A DNA stretch of 63,402 nucleotides, counting the filler, from Bilabrum cf. latius (taxonomy: Eukaryota), in assembly GCA_965178125.1 (NCBI GenBank). It is 3 parts of 3 records of this genome, joined end to end, with 100 filler letters (N's around TTAATTAATTAA, not from the genome) between each part and the next. Parts side by side here need not be neighbours in the genome. Positions count along the whole stretch, not along the records: positions 23,759 to 47,123 come from CBCXTV010000044.1; 2 more parts are not named here. The stretch is one strand, 5' to 3'. Positions 34,354-46,061 of this stretch are shown here, piece by piece. Made by a program: the position numbers and the translations under genes. The notes beneath the pieces were generated by a model, which was given only the letters and a program-made list of their open reading frames with translations, did not search any database and had not been told where the DNA came from. Each line of letters starts with the position of its first letter. Within the stretch, counting starts at the first letter, position 1.

Positions 34354-37227
34354 CTCCAGAGACGGGAAATGGCATGCGCTGTGTGTCCAGCGGCGATCTT
34401 GCACTTCTGCTCCCGAAACTCGCGAATGCAGGATCCGGGAACATGAGCCTTGAAGGCGGCGGATTTTTGGATGGGGGACACCCGCGTCCTCTCTTCGCGA
34501 GCTTCGTCCTGATCCGATGCCCCAATTGAGCGCTCGACAGCAGGAACGATGAGGAACCTCAGTTCTGGTTTCGCATGTTTGCATGGCCTCTGGAAGCATG
34601 TCGTGTGCAGACCCTCCAAGCGCCTCGATGTCTGAGCATCGCTTTCTCTCCGCACGCTTCGTGCAAGGAATGCAACTCGTGCGTACCATCGTGGACTACG
34701 GGTCACAGAGACTCGGAAAGGGGAGCATGCCCGAATGCACATCGCGGACGGAATTTGTCCCACGCTATTGAAGGTGGTCACCGGACTCAGACTGCTGCGG
34801 TGCATGCTTCGCGCATTGAATGGAGGCGCGTAAAATCTTGCAGAATGCACAGAGGGGGTCATCCGAGCGGGATCTTTGTGTAGCATCTAGAGCGGCAGAT
34901 CGTGCGCAGGGGAGAATCCACACGCGGACTCCGAGGAGTGAGTAAGGCCGGCCCTGGAAGTCGTGCCGCGAAAGCGAATGAGCGCAACATGGCGACTGAC
35001 GGACGTCGCACGCTACGTACTTGTGGTCGCCCTCGTCCGGTCGCCCATCCCGGCGAATGGTGGCGCTGCAAGATCTGCGATGCCCGTCCGTGCCCGTCCC
35101 TCCTGGACGGCTCTGCCGAGGATCAGGGACGCTCTGGTTGTTTTTCCCTGAGCACCTGCGTTTCGAAAGCGGTCTTCCGCGTTTGCTACTTCCCCTTCGA
35201 ACTCCCTGCATTTTTGGCCGGAAAAGGCAACGAAGACAGGCGTGTGCTCCATAGACTGCTCGGACGAGAAGGTGTGTGCAAGAGCCTTTCCCAATCGTCA
35301 CGGGGGGTGAACTGCTGGGTCCGGAATGGATTTGACTCCTGGACTTTTGCGTGTGAAGCGTGAGGTGGGCGTGCTTCGTGGGAGGTTTCCGCATGCGGGG
35401 GGACGGGAACTTTCCTGGGTCGCTGGGCCTGGGACCGGGTAGCGGGAACTCGGGGACTTTCCCCGGGAAATGGATTCACAGAGCGTACGGTGATTTCCCG
35501 GGTCGCCCTTCTCGACCCCGAAGTGGAATTTGGCTTTCGGACCCGAATACAAGCTTAGAAGGAACTTTTTGTCTTCCGCGCCTGCGAAGGTGTGCCACGC
35601 GGGCGGTTCTTGTTCACGCACTTGCGCTGCAAGCAGTGAACGCGAGGCCGTCTGCGGTTTACGGCTACGTGTCATAGCGCGTCGTAGGATGTCGCGTTCC
35701 AAAAGAAGTCTAGCGGCTGGAGGGCGGTGAGTGAAGTGCACACGTAGTGATCGTGACGAACCGGGCGTCGACACTTGTCCTGGGCGACGTCCGAAACATC
35801 TACGCTGCGCTATTACGGCCAGTCGTGTACGCTTGGTGTCGGAGGGAAGACCCCTACGGTGTATACGGTTGCCGACGAACATAGTGATGTGGTAAGCGCA
35901 TTCGGAAGGGGGCGCACGAACGTGCGAGCAATAGCACGCCATTCCGCGTATCATGGTAGCCTGATATTACATGTGCCGCACAGAATTCTCAATCATTCGC
36001 GAGAAGTGTGTGCGGGGAGTACGCTGGGGTGGATAGAAAAGAGATGTCGTCCGCAGGATGTGTGCTCCCAAGGATTTGCTCGGAAGAATGCGGACGATCG
36101 TTTGGAATGCTGCTTTGCACGCAGACTCTATTTCATAGATATGCCTCCATTCGCTGTGACCCTCGTGCGACCGGCTTCGGACGAGTTCCGCAATCTTCGC
36201 AATCATGTGCATCCCATCTCGAGGTCTGCGGCAGCTTCTCCCGCAGAGGAGCCGCCGTGGGAGCCGCTTAGCATCCCCTCGTCGCAGGGACTTCACGGTA
36301 CGGTGTTGTTTATGTCTCTCGGGGTTTTTGTGATGCTCAGGTGCGCGGCCTCTTGCTCTCTTCGTGACCGATTTCGTTGTCGCAGTGCTGTGGGTCTCCG
36401 TAACGGGAATGTGAGGCAGTCTCGACACCTCGACGAGGTGTCATGCGTCATAAGGATCTGCGCGTCTTTGGTCACGGCAAGAGTGGGCGAGAGTCAAACG
36501 GGCAGAAATGATCGTAGCAGCAGCGCTCACGGGCCCGCGGCTCCGCGGTTCACTCCCGCTTGGGAGGGCTGACCAGCGTGTAGTGGGTGGGTCTTCCGGA
36601 AAGCGCCTAGAGATACTCATCGCATAGCCTTCCCTGGAACGAGTCCAGCATAGCCTTTTTTTTTTTTCGGCGGTCGTGGGGAGATACAATTCTCCCGCTG
36701 CGGAAGGCTGCACACTCCCGCATCGTGAAGTCAATCACGCAACACCGTGCCGACTCATGTACCGAGACCGATGCATCTTACCGTCAGCGGCGCTGGTGGA
36801 AGCCGCGCTGCGAACAAGCTCCTCTGCACCAGTTACCCCGCCTTTCCAATTCTCGCGCAACTGAACGTGACTCCTGTGGATACGCAGTTTCTTCACCCAG
36901 GGCGGGTGCTTCGCAACGTCGTGCGTGCCCCCTCTTGCCGTCGCGGGTGCTGAGACGCCTTCATGGTCATAAGGCGCCCTGAGCAGACTGCAGCGCGACT
37001 TCCAGTGACATTCCCGGCAAGAACACACTGCAGCTCACATGCAGCGAGCGGAAGGACCCAATCCCGCGCGTGGGGAGGCGCTATCGTGTTGTGTTGTGTG
37101 TCGTGTTTGTGGTTTATGTCGAGCTTTCGGCACTGCGCGGAATCGGGAATTTCGGGGGTCCTTGGGCCCGGAATCGGGGACCGGAAACTGAGGCAATTTT
37201 CGCCGCCAGATGGAGTGACGGAGAGTA

Positions 37228-38393
37228 CCGTCGTTTTCCGGGTCACCTTTTTCGGTCTCGAAATGGGAATCGGATTTGGGACAGGAATTGAAGCGGAGAA
37301 GGGCCACTCTAGGGCCTCCCGGGAGCCCTCTTGGGGCCCCCAAACAGCAAAACAAACCCCGGGGCCCGAACTGTGTCGCCGCAACTTAAATTCCTTGTGT
37401 GGATCGGCCATTTTTGGCCAAATCTGGGGGGGTCCCCTTCCGGGCCCCCCCAAAACGCTCAAAAAAAAAACACCACAACGTGGCGTTTTGCGTCTTTTTA
37501 GGGCGGTTTAGGGGCTCTAAAATCCACTACAACGTGGCGTTTTGCGTCTCTTTGGGGCGATTTAGGGGCTCTAAAATCCACCACAACGTGGCGTTTTGCG
37601 TCTTTTTTGGGCGATTTAGGGGCTCTAAAATCCACCACAACGTGGCGTTTTGCGTCGTTTGGGGGCTGCCTGGGGCCCATTTTTTCCACCACAACCTCGC
37701 GTTTTGCCCTTTTTGGGGCCGGGAGCCCTCTCGGGGCCCCCAAACCGCAAAAACAAACCGGGGCCCGAACTGTGTCGCCGCAACTTAAAGTCCTTGTGTG
37801 GATCGGCCATTTTTGGCCAAATCCTGGGGGGGTCCCCTTCCGAGCCCCCCGAAAACGCTCAAAAAAAACACCACAACGTGGCGTTTTGCGTCTTTTTTGG
37901 GCGATTTAGGGGCTCTAAAATCCACTACAACGTGGCGTTTTGCGTCTTTTTTGGCGATTTAGGGGCTCTAAAATCCACCACCACGTGGCGTTTTGCGTCT
38001 TTTTTGGGCGATTTAGGGGCTCTAAAATCCACCACAACGTGGCGTTTTGCGTCGTTTGGGGGCTCCTTGGGGCCCATTTTTTCCACCACAACCTCGCGTT
38101 TTGCCCTTTTTGGGGCCGGGAGCCCTCTTGGGGCCCCGAAACAGCCAAAAAAAAGCCGGGGTCCGAGCTGTGTCGCCGCAACTTAAATTCCTTGTGCGGA
38201 TCGGCCATTTTTGGCGAAATCCCCGCATCTGCTCCTCACGCGCGGAACGTGTTTCGGTACGCAAAAAGCGGTCACATGGGAGGCCCGGAAAGCGTCCGGA
38301 AAACGGTTCAGAAATAAGTACCGTCGTTTTCCGGGTCACCTTTTTCGGTCTCGAAATGGGAATCGGATTTGGGACAGGAATTGAAGCGGAGAA
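37228..38393. repeat. Nested tandem repeats rich in A/T tracts
   Basis: ~57-bp subunits (CCACAACGTGGCGTTTTGCGTC...GGGGCTCTAAAAT) sit inside ~420-bp higher-order repeats. 37228-37300 recurs at 38321-38393. Confidence 0.9.
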
Positions 38394-38534
38394 CGGACCC
38401 CAAGGTGTTACCTCTTGCCTCCATACGATGCTAGGATCTCCAGGTTTCTCAGTTTTAGGCAGCACTCGAAGGGGAAGCTTCCGACGGCGCGCCTATGACA
38501 TGCTGCCACCCATCACCGTGGTCATCTGGAGGAC

Positions 38535-38845
38535 TCCGCACCATTCGGAAAACGGCTCGCCCGCCGTGAGTGAACCACACAGCGATCGCCGTGTGCATCA
38601 GTAGGACCCCCGCACCATTCGCGGAAAACGGCTCGCCCGCCGTAAGTGAAATGGCGTCCCGAAGGACCCGTGCTCCTTTTGAAAAACGGCTCGCCCGCCG
38701 TGTGTCCGCCGTGAGTGAACCAGCGATCGCCGCGTGCATCAGTAGGACCCCCGCACCATTCGGAAAACGGCTCGCCCGCCGTAAGTGAAATGGCGTCCCG
38801 AAGGACCCGTGCTCCTTTTGAAAAACGGCTCGCCCGCCGTGTGTT
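38535..38845. repeat. Tandem repeat block
   Basis: GAAAACGGCTCGCCCGCCGT occurs about 5 times within a ~135-bp duplicated unit. Confidence 0.85.
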
Positions 38846-38899
38846 CCCGAGATCCTCCAGCCACGCCACCAGTCAATGTTCTCGCTCGCCGTTACGTCA

Positions 38900-41800
38900 T
38901 GGAGCCCCACGAAGTCGTGCAGATGATCAGGGCGATACCGTGAGCATCCTCCTTCTCCGTCTTCTTGCCGCCGTCGTACAGCCTGGCCGCGACACGATCT
39001 TGATGCCAAAACTCGAGGTTTCGCCGGCGTGGAACGTGTCGAAGAGGCGGCGCCAGACGCAGCGTTCGAAGCTTCGGTTCGGGATCCGCATCTTCTAGAG
39101 AGCGCCTTCCTCCCCCTCCGGGCTGATGAGATACCACTTTAGGCCCATGCCGACGTGGTAGGGGACCACAAATGTGTTGTCTACCCAGTGCGCCGGATAG
39201 GTCCGCACGTCCAAGAGGCGCTCGCAGTTGTGGATGGAGGTGGAGTTTCCGCGCTGGAGGCTGACCATTCTCGGTGCTTCTGACCCCGCTAACATGGCCA
39301 TCTGCGTCACCTTGGGGTTTTCGCGATGGCGTGAAGAACTACGAGTAGCCGATCCACGCATGCTTCGCGAGGTTCGATATCATCCTCGACAACCATGAGC
39401 CATTCCGTCGGCGTGTGGTTCTCAGCCCACAGCCATGCGTTTCGATGGGATTGGATCGCCCCAAGAGTGGCCGGATGGTATTTGATCCAGTCCGTTATCT
39501 TGCCGGAGAAGATATCCAAGAGGGCCTGGTCTTTGACGATGCCCTGCATCAACTGGTCCTGCACCGCACACTGCATGCACGATGGCATCGCGGAGATGAA
39601 TTTCTCCGCATTCCGGAGAAGCTCCATGGCCCGGTTGATGTCATCCAAGGCCTCGTCACGCGAAGGACTCTGACGCACGGCGTTGCTGCAGGAGGCGGCG
39701 CCTCCTGCAGGAGGCTCGTCGCGTGCGGGAGCACGAGCGTCGTTGTCGCCGTCACCGGTATTCGCGCCAGCTTTTGGCACCCAACGCTTCGCTTCACCCG
39801 CAGAGGAACGGACATCATGGAGACTCCAGCCACGCGCAACCAGGCACTTCGCGCACCAGTCCTCAGGGAAGAAATAGCGCAGGTTCTCCTTCTTCCGGCG
39901 GTTCTGGGGAAATCGGTACGCCGGATACTCGTTTTTGCAGTTCTTGCACCACACCCACCACGGCGTCGCGTTGTCGAACTTGTCGCAACACACCCAGCAA
40001 ACTGGTTGGATCCAGTCCTTCCACTTCTTGAAGTACGCCGACCGGGGCTTGCAGCACTGGCACGCGTTGCAAGTCCATGTCGCCTCCTCCGCCGGCTCCG
40101 GCGCGACCTGCCGCGGCACGTACGTCTCCCCCCATGACGACTTCGCAGGGGTCTCCCATAGATCCCAGCTATCAGCGCCAGAGACCGCCCCGGCAGTGTG
40201 CGCAAGATTCACACGCTGCGATGACAATGCCTCTGCCACGCCGCCACCCGCCTTCCAAGCGGCTGCGTCGGTCCATACGTCGTCATTACCTCCGGGCACC
40301 ACAGCACGTCCACCGCCGCGAGCATCCTCCTCCTCCGTCTTCTTGCCGCCGTCGTCTTCGGCGTCCTCCTTCGGCGCTGCCTTGCCGCTCTCCTCTCCGA
40401 GCATCCCCGTGGACGCCGCCTCCGCGCCGCCGCTCTCGATGTGGGAGCCGCCCGAATCATCGACGCTTGCCGCCGCGCCGGCGTGCTCCGCCGGGGCGTC
40501 GACCTCGCGCGCCAACATGCCGCCCTCGTTTCCCATATCACCGGCGCCTCGACGCCCACGAAGATTGCGGCCGTCTCCCAAGGAAACAGCAATGCTCTCG
40601 GACGGTTTCTCCTCAGACATCATCGGCAAAGAGACTCGGAGAATGCCGTTCCCGCAGAGTGCGCTGCTGACTGCCGAAGCCGAAAGAGGACCCGCGGAGA
40701 AGGAATCTCGCACATGCTCCCAGGAAAAGCAACTCCCCGCCCATTCCGAATGCAAGAACGGACTCCCGCCCTTTCCGAGATCGAGAGCGCATCGCGGGCG
40801 CATTTCCCGACTCGCGATCGGCCTCGGAAACCGAGATCTCCCGGGCACCTTTCCCGACTCGCAGCCGGTCTCAGAGACGACCACGAATCGGCACGACAAG
40901 TGCGCCCGATTTCGTCCCCCGAAAAAGGACACAACTAGGACCCCGCGGATCTCCGCCGGAAACTCGTTTTTGCAATTCTTGCACCTCACCCACCACGGCG
41001 TCGCGTTGTCGAACTTGTCGCAACACACCCGGCAAACTGGTTGGATCCAGTCCTTCCACTTCTTGAAGTACTCTGACCGGGGCTTAGGCCCTGGCACGCG
41101 TTGCAAGTCCATGTCGCCTCCTCCGCCGGCTCCGGCGCGACCTGCCACGGCACGTACGGCTCCCCCCATGACGACTTCGCAGGCGTCTTCCATGAACCCC
41201 AGGTTCCGACATCCTTCCCGTCTGCCACGCCGCCACCCGCCTTCCAAGCGGCTGCGTCTGACCATACGTCGTACACGACATTCGGCCTGCTGCCGGCCCA
41301 AATGAAATCCTCCGCCACGCGACAACGATGCGACCTCTCGGAGTCCGTCATGCATACGTGGAAGTGCACCAGGTTTCCGGCGTGCTTGCGGTGCAGGGAG
41401 AGCTCCATTTTCGTCCCGCTGCCGCGCAAGGTCTGGGAAGAGCGTCCGCATGGCCGACATCATCCGGAGCAGGGCGTCCGCATGCTCGACATCATCCGGG
41501 GGATGTGCTCGAAGACCTTTTGGAACTCGCGGCTCACGAACGGATTGACGATGCTCTGCGTGCTTTCCGGGGGGATGTGCTCGAAGACCTTCTGGAACTC
41601 GCGGCTCACGAACGGATTGACGACGCTCTGCGTGCTTTCCGGGGGGATGTGCTCGAAGACCTTTTGGAACTCGCGGCTCACGAACGGATTGACGACGCTC
41701 TGCGTGCTTTCCGCGTACTTGATCATGTGCCTCATGGCTGGGCCGCCCGCAACATCGACGCTTGCCGCCGCGCCGGCGTGCTCCGCCGGGGCGTCGACCT

Positions 41801-44010
41801 CGCGCGCCAACATGCCGCCCTCGTTTCCCATATTACCGGCGCCTTGACGCCCACGAAGATTGCGGCCGTCTCCCAAGGAAACAGCAATGCTCTCGGACGG
41901 TTTCTCCTCAGACATCATCGGCAAAGAGACTCGGAGAATGCCGTTCCCGCCTGCTTGACCCAACTGCAGGCCTGGCACTTGAGGTTGGTGATCACGGCCG
42001 ACTGCTCCCCACCCAAATACCAGACCGTACGCGAGCGCAGCCTATGAGGAATCCACTGGCCCGACTTCCGGGGCACGACCATCGCCAAGAGCTTCGACTG
42101 CGGCGCGTCGATCTGCAACCTCGACCCGCAATCGCTGAGCGTAATGGCGTCGTCGAAGATCCACGTGCCGCCCCAAGCATGCCGCCTGCGCTGCTGCCGG
42201 GAGCTCGGGTTCGGTACCTAAAAGCCGTACACGACATTCGGCCTGCTGCCGGCCCAAATGAAATCCTCCGCCACGCGACAACGATGCGACCTCTCGGAGT
42301 CCGTCATGCATACGTGGAAGTGCACCAGGTTTCCGGCGTGCTTGCGGTGCAGGGAGAGCTCCATTTTCGTCCCGCTGCCGCGCAAGGTCTGGGAAGAGCG
42401 TCCGCATGGCCGACATCATCCGGAGCAGGGCGTCCGCATGCTCGACATCATCCGGGGGATGTGCTCGAAGACCTTTTGGAACTCGCGGCTCACGAACGGA
42501 TTGACGATGCTCTGCGTGCTTTCCGGGGGATGTGCTCGAAGACCTTTTGGAACTCGCGGCTCACGAACGGATTGACGATGCTCTGCGTGCTTTCCGGGGG
42601 GATGTGCTCGAAGACCTTTTGGAACTCGCGGCTCACGAACGGATTGACGACGCTCTGCGTGCTTTCCGCGTACTTGATCATGTGCCTCATGGCTGGGCCG
42701 CCCGCAACATCGACGCTTGCCGCCGCGCCGGCGTGCTCCGCCGGGGCGTCGACCTCGGAAAGTGTTTCGGTACGCAAAAAGCGGTCACATGGGAGGCCCG
42801 GAAAGCATGGCATCACCCTTGCCGTCCCCATCACTGCGTCGTGGGATGCTGCTCAAGATAACTCGGCGTCTGTTTAGTCGAGGGCTGTCTTGACTAGGAG
42901 TTTGGCGGTGAAATCCAGGAGTTCCGTCTGCATCGTCAGGCTCTTGCCTTTCTGTACCATATCAAGAGGAGAGGGAAGACATGCAAAACCGACCCGCGAC
43001 TAATTCTATCCTACGGCCAAGCCACCTGCGGCGTCCGCGCGACTGGGCGTGCACGAGAACCGGCGCACTGCACTGCTTGAAATGCCACGCTCCCGAGCGA
43101 AGGGAGTACGTTGTTCTGCAGAACGCTCTAGTCTTGGTGCGCTTGCAGCGGCACTTATCGGTGCGCCGCGGGGAACGGCTCGCGTGGGATTCGGAGGCGT
43201 ACCCGGCCCACGACGGGAGGAGTTCCCCAGTTACGTCTGGAGTGATTGGGGGACAAGGTGGGCATCAAGTCGGCGCCTCCTGAGCGTATCACAGAGGATG
43301 ACGAACCGCCCGCCCCGCTTCGATCCCGACCTCGAAGTGCACTCGAAATCAAGGCGGAACGCTGGAAATCCGCCCCGAAACCCTCCATGTTTGTTGACAA
43401 GGACCCAGGCTGCGCTCCGACAAGCTGACAAACTTCGTCAGCCTCCGAAGGGTCTTCATTAAATATTCAACGCTTCCGGGGTCAATGAGGTAATGCACTA
43501 CCAAAGAGCAGCTGGGCCGTGTGTCGTCCGAGATGACAAAGATCGTGGGCATCATCGATCCAGAGGGCGTCAAAGGCACGGACGACGCGGGCGACATTGA
43601 CCCCGACGGGCTGGAGGTCCTGGACCGCGTCTGGACGCCCCATCCGGAAGTATTCCTAAGCGCTCCCGACGGACGAGACCTTCTCTGTCTGAAATCAGGC
43701 ACCCAACCCTTCCGCACAAGGTGAAGAGAGAACGCCGACGGACAATATCCTCTCTTTTGCACATCGGGCATCCAACCCCTCCGCACAGGTGAGCAAGCGA
43801 CGAGTTCCCTTCTCGCGACGTCCGGATCCATTTTGAAGCGTTGGAACAATTCGTGCACGAACTTACCATTGCCGACGAAATCCCGTACGGCTCGGTAGTT
43901 GGTGTTGCAAAGCAGCGCACCAACTTTGGGCATCTGACAATAATGGAGCTCGAAGGCGCGGCGCTCCTGGGCTTTCGCTGCCCAACCGGAGCCGTACACG
44001 ACATTCGGCC
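38900..44010 (-). pseudogene. Mosaic of rearranged fragments of rep, the glycosyltransferase gene and a zinc-finger gene
   Basis: Matches include 38901-38942=rep 27107-27148; 39031-39540=33642-34150; 41270-41410 and 42227-42368=rep 27810-27950; 41499-41735=three tandem copies of ~32247-32340; 41949-42218=46478-46746; 43797-44012=diverged rep 27612-27830. Confidence 0.85.
39307..41463 (-). CDS. Chimeric 718-aa ORF with repeated CxxC zinc-binding units, flanked by rep- and GT25-derived pieces
   Basis: CNAC..KPRSAYF...CWVC...CKNC...WCAKC, partly duplicated, fused in frame to the GT25-like segment. Confidence 0.35.
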   Translation of the reverse strand: MMSAMRTLFPDLARQRDENGALPAPQARRKPGALPRMHDGLREVASLSRGGGFHLGRQQAECRVRRMVRRSRLEGGWRRGRREGCRNLGFMEDACEVVMGGAVRAVAGRAGAGGGGDMDLQRVPGPKPRSEYFKKWKDWIQPVCRVCCDKFDNATPWWVRCKNCKNEFPAEIRGVLVVSFFGGRNRAHLSCRFVVVSETGCESGKVPGRSRFPRPIASREMRPRCALDLGKGGSPFLHSEWAGSCFSWEHVRDSFSAGPLSASAVSSALCGNGILRVSLPMMSEEKPSESIAVSLGDGRNLRGRRGAGDMGNEGGMLAREVDAPAEHAGAAASVDDSGGSHIESGGAEAASTGMLGEESGKAAPKEDAEDDGGKKTEEEDARGGGRAVVPGGNDDVWTDAAAWKAGGGVAEALSSQRVNLAHTAGAVSGADSWDLWETPAKSSWGETYVPRQVAPEPAEEATWTCNACQCCKPRSAYFKKWKDWIQPVCWVCCDKFDNATPWWVWCKNCKNEYPAYRFPQNRRKKENLRYFFPEDWCAKCLVARGWSLHDVRSSAGEAKRWVPKAGANTGDGDNDARAPARDEPPAGGAASCSNAVRQSPSRDEALDDINRAMELLRNAEKFISAMPSCMQCAVQDQLMQGIVKDQALLDIFSGKITDWIKYHPATLGAIQSHRNAWLWAENHTPTEWLMVVEDDIEPREACVDRLLVVLHAIAKTPR

Positions 44011-46061
44011 TGCTGTCCGGCTCGCACGGTTTGTGGCGCAAAGAGGACGAATGCTCCAACCCGCCGCGCCTGGTAATGGTATGGACGAGCTGGGCGTCAG
44101 TGATCGTTCCTTTTTCCCGGACGCAACGGACCCGATGAAATTTTCGCGCGCTGAGCAGACCCCAAATTTACGATGAAGAAGCCCAAATCCTGCGTCCATG
44201 AAGGCCTTGCGAGGCCGCCTGCTATTGGCAGTCGACGCTCCGGGATCCACTGCGCAATGCAGTTTTGCAGAGCGATGCAGTATGCGCGGGAAGACGGCAA
44301 AATGGATCCGTATCTTTGGGAAGAGGTCTGTGCATCGCACAGCTGCCGCACGGAGAGCTGCTTCCGTTCCACGGCTGGTGAGGGCCCGATGCTGCTCTAC
44401 TCATGCCCCACGGCCACACACTAAGAGGAACGGATTGTGTCAGGATCCCGCCGCAGCATGGGTACGCGGATCTGCCTCCATAGGGACGGACGGGAGGAGC
44501 TGCCGGCGGAGGGCGGGCGGGGGTCCGGCCAAGCCAAGCGGCCAGGTACTTCACGCTCTGCCCTATGGCGCTGGGTTCTGTGAGGCGGGGCCTATCTGTG
44601 ATCCTCGGCTCTGTGAAGGTGCGAAGCGCTATTCACGATTCGACTTCGCCTTACTCCTGGATGAGGCGGCGGAGCTGCGTGCTGGGATCTCTTCCTGTGG
44701 CGTCCGAGCGCGATGGCGAGTGCACGCTTGGCCGTCATAGAGAAAGGCACGGCGAAGTACCACATCTTCGCCACCCACCACATTTCGCCAAGCACCACCT
44801 CGTTGGCAGGCTTCGGGAACGCGAAACGCACAAGTTCTCTTGGTTTCCGCGTTGAGTGTGCCTGACCACGAGCGTCCTTGGCGCCGTCAGCGTGCCTGCT
44901 CTCTGCGTTGATTCGGACGCGTACCCGGCTCGCGTGGGCATGGACCTCCCCAATCCGGCAGAACCGTGAGCTCCTGGCATCCCACCTCTGTCTTAGAAGT
45001 TTTCCGGTTTTTGGCGCAAACCTTCTGGAGCAGACGACAGCAGCGAAAGACCCACCCAAGCTCCGCGGGAAGTGTGATACCTCTACGGTTCCGGCATCTA
45101 CTTGGCCGTGCACATATGCAAGGCGATGCACTACACCTGCGCGTCCGGCTGCACCCGCTTGAACGACAGGTTCCTCTCCATGCAAGTGGTTCCGCGACAA
45201 CAAGGTCGTGGAAGTGACAGACTAGGAGAGTACGCCGGGTTCAGATTCACGCCCATCAGGGACAGGTCCGGGTCCCGCGCTCGCGCTACCGCGTGAGGAG
45301 GCTATGCGCACGTATGAGGAGGGGAGAACTTCGTATAATAGTCTCTCGCAGACTCGAACTTTTGGCTCTCACCGAAGGACGGAATGTTAGCCCTCCGCTA
45401 CTTACGGTGTCTTTAGCTTCCGCCCTACACGTTCCCCGCCCGTGGTCAAGAGGGAGTTTGTCGAGACACGCACCCGCCCGAGAGCTCCGGTCCTCTAAGC
45501 GCTCACGATCTCCCGCCCAGCGCGGTGCGAGCCCGCTTCACCGGGACTTGTCGCGTGCCTACGGAGGTGTCTTTTCCGAACCTGCCACTGAAGACGTTAG
45601 GGAGCGACGGGAAACGGATGCACAACGGTATGCCACCCATGTCCTCGAGGAATCCACCAAGACGTTGTGGCCCGAGGTAGTGCGATTTTCGGGAGAAGGA
45701 TTCTTAGTACCTTATAGGGTACCCCCCAGGATCGCACTACGTGGGTTTGGGGGGTTGGTTTCCTTTCCTCTTGTTTTCGTGTGCACTCTTCTGCGACCGC
45801 CCCCCCCGGGGAACGGATGCACAACGGTATGCCACCCATGTCCTCGAGAGATCCACCGAGATCCGCACATACCTCTGCGGTGAACAGCACGTTACATGAG
45901 ACCCTGACCGACCCGAGAGTCTCTGCCCTCAGTCTCCACGACTTCCCGCAGGATCCGCCCCGCTCCCACCGACGGCTCCTGCCGTACGTACGACGCACCA
46001 TTTTCAAAAGAGCATTGGCACCCGCTCCTCACCTAAGCGACGATACTGTCGCTGCGGTCCC

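Larger units (their letters stand above)
24141..37225 (-). mobile_element. ~13.1 kb TA-flanked element with degenerate terminal inverted repeats, carrying a CRESS-like Rep
   Basis: Left end TA|CCTTGCGTCACTCC...CGGTGACCGAAACAGGGCCCAA. Right end, reverse-complemented, TA|CTCTCCGTCACTCC...CGGTCCCCGATTCCGGGCCCAA. The two flanks are found joined as TA-AG-TA at 38315-38320. Confidence 0.65.

Noticed and set aside
34700-37200. Possible Tc1/mariner transposase inside the TA-flanked element
   Set aside because: No DD(34-39)D/E, WVPHEL or SPDLNPIE-like motifs were seen in any ORF.
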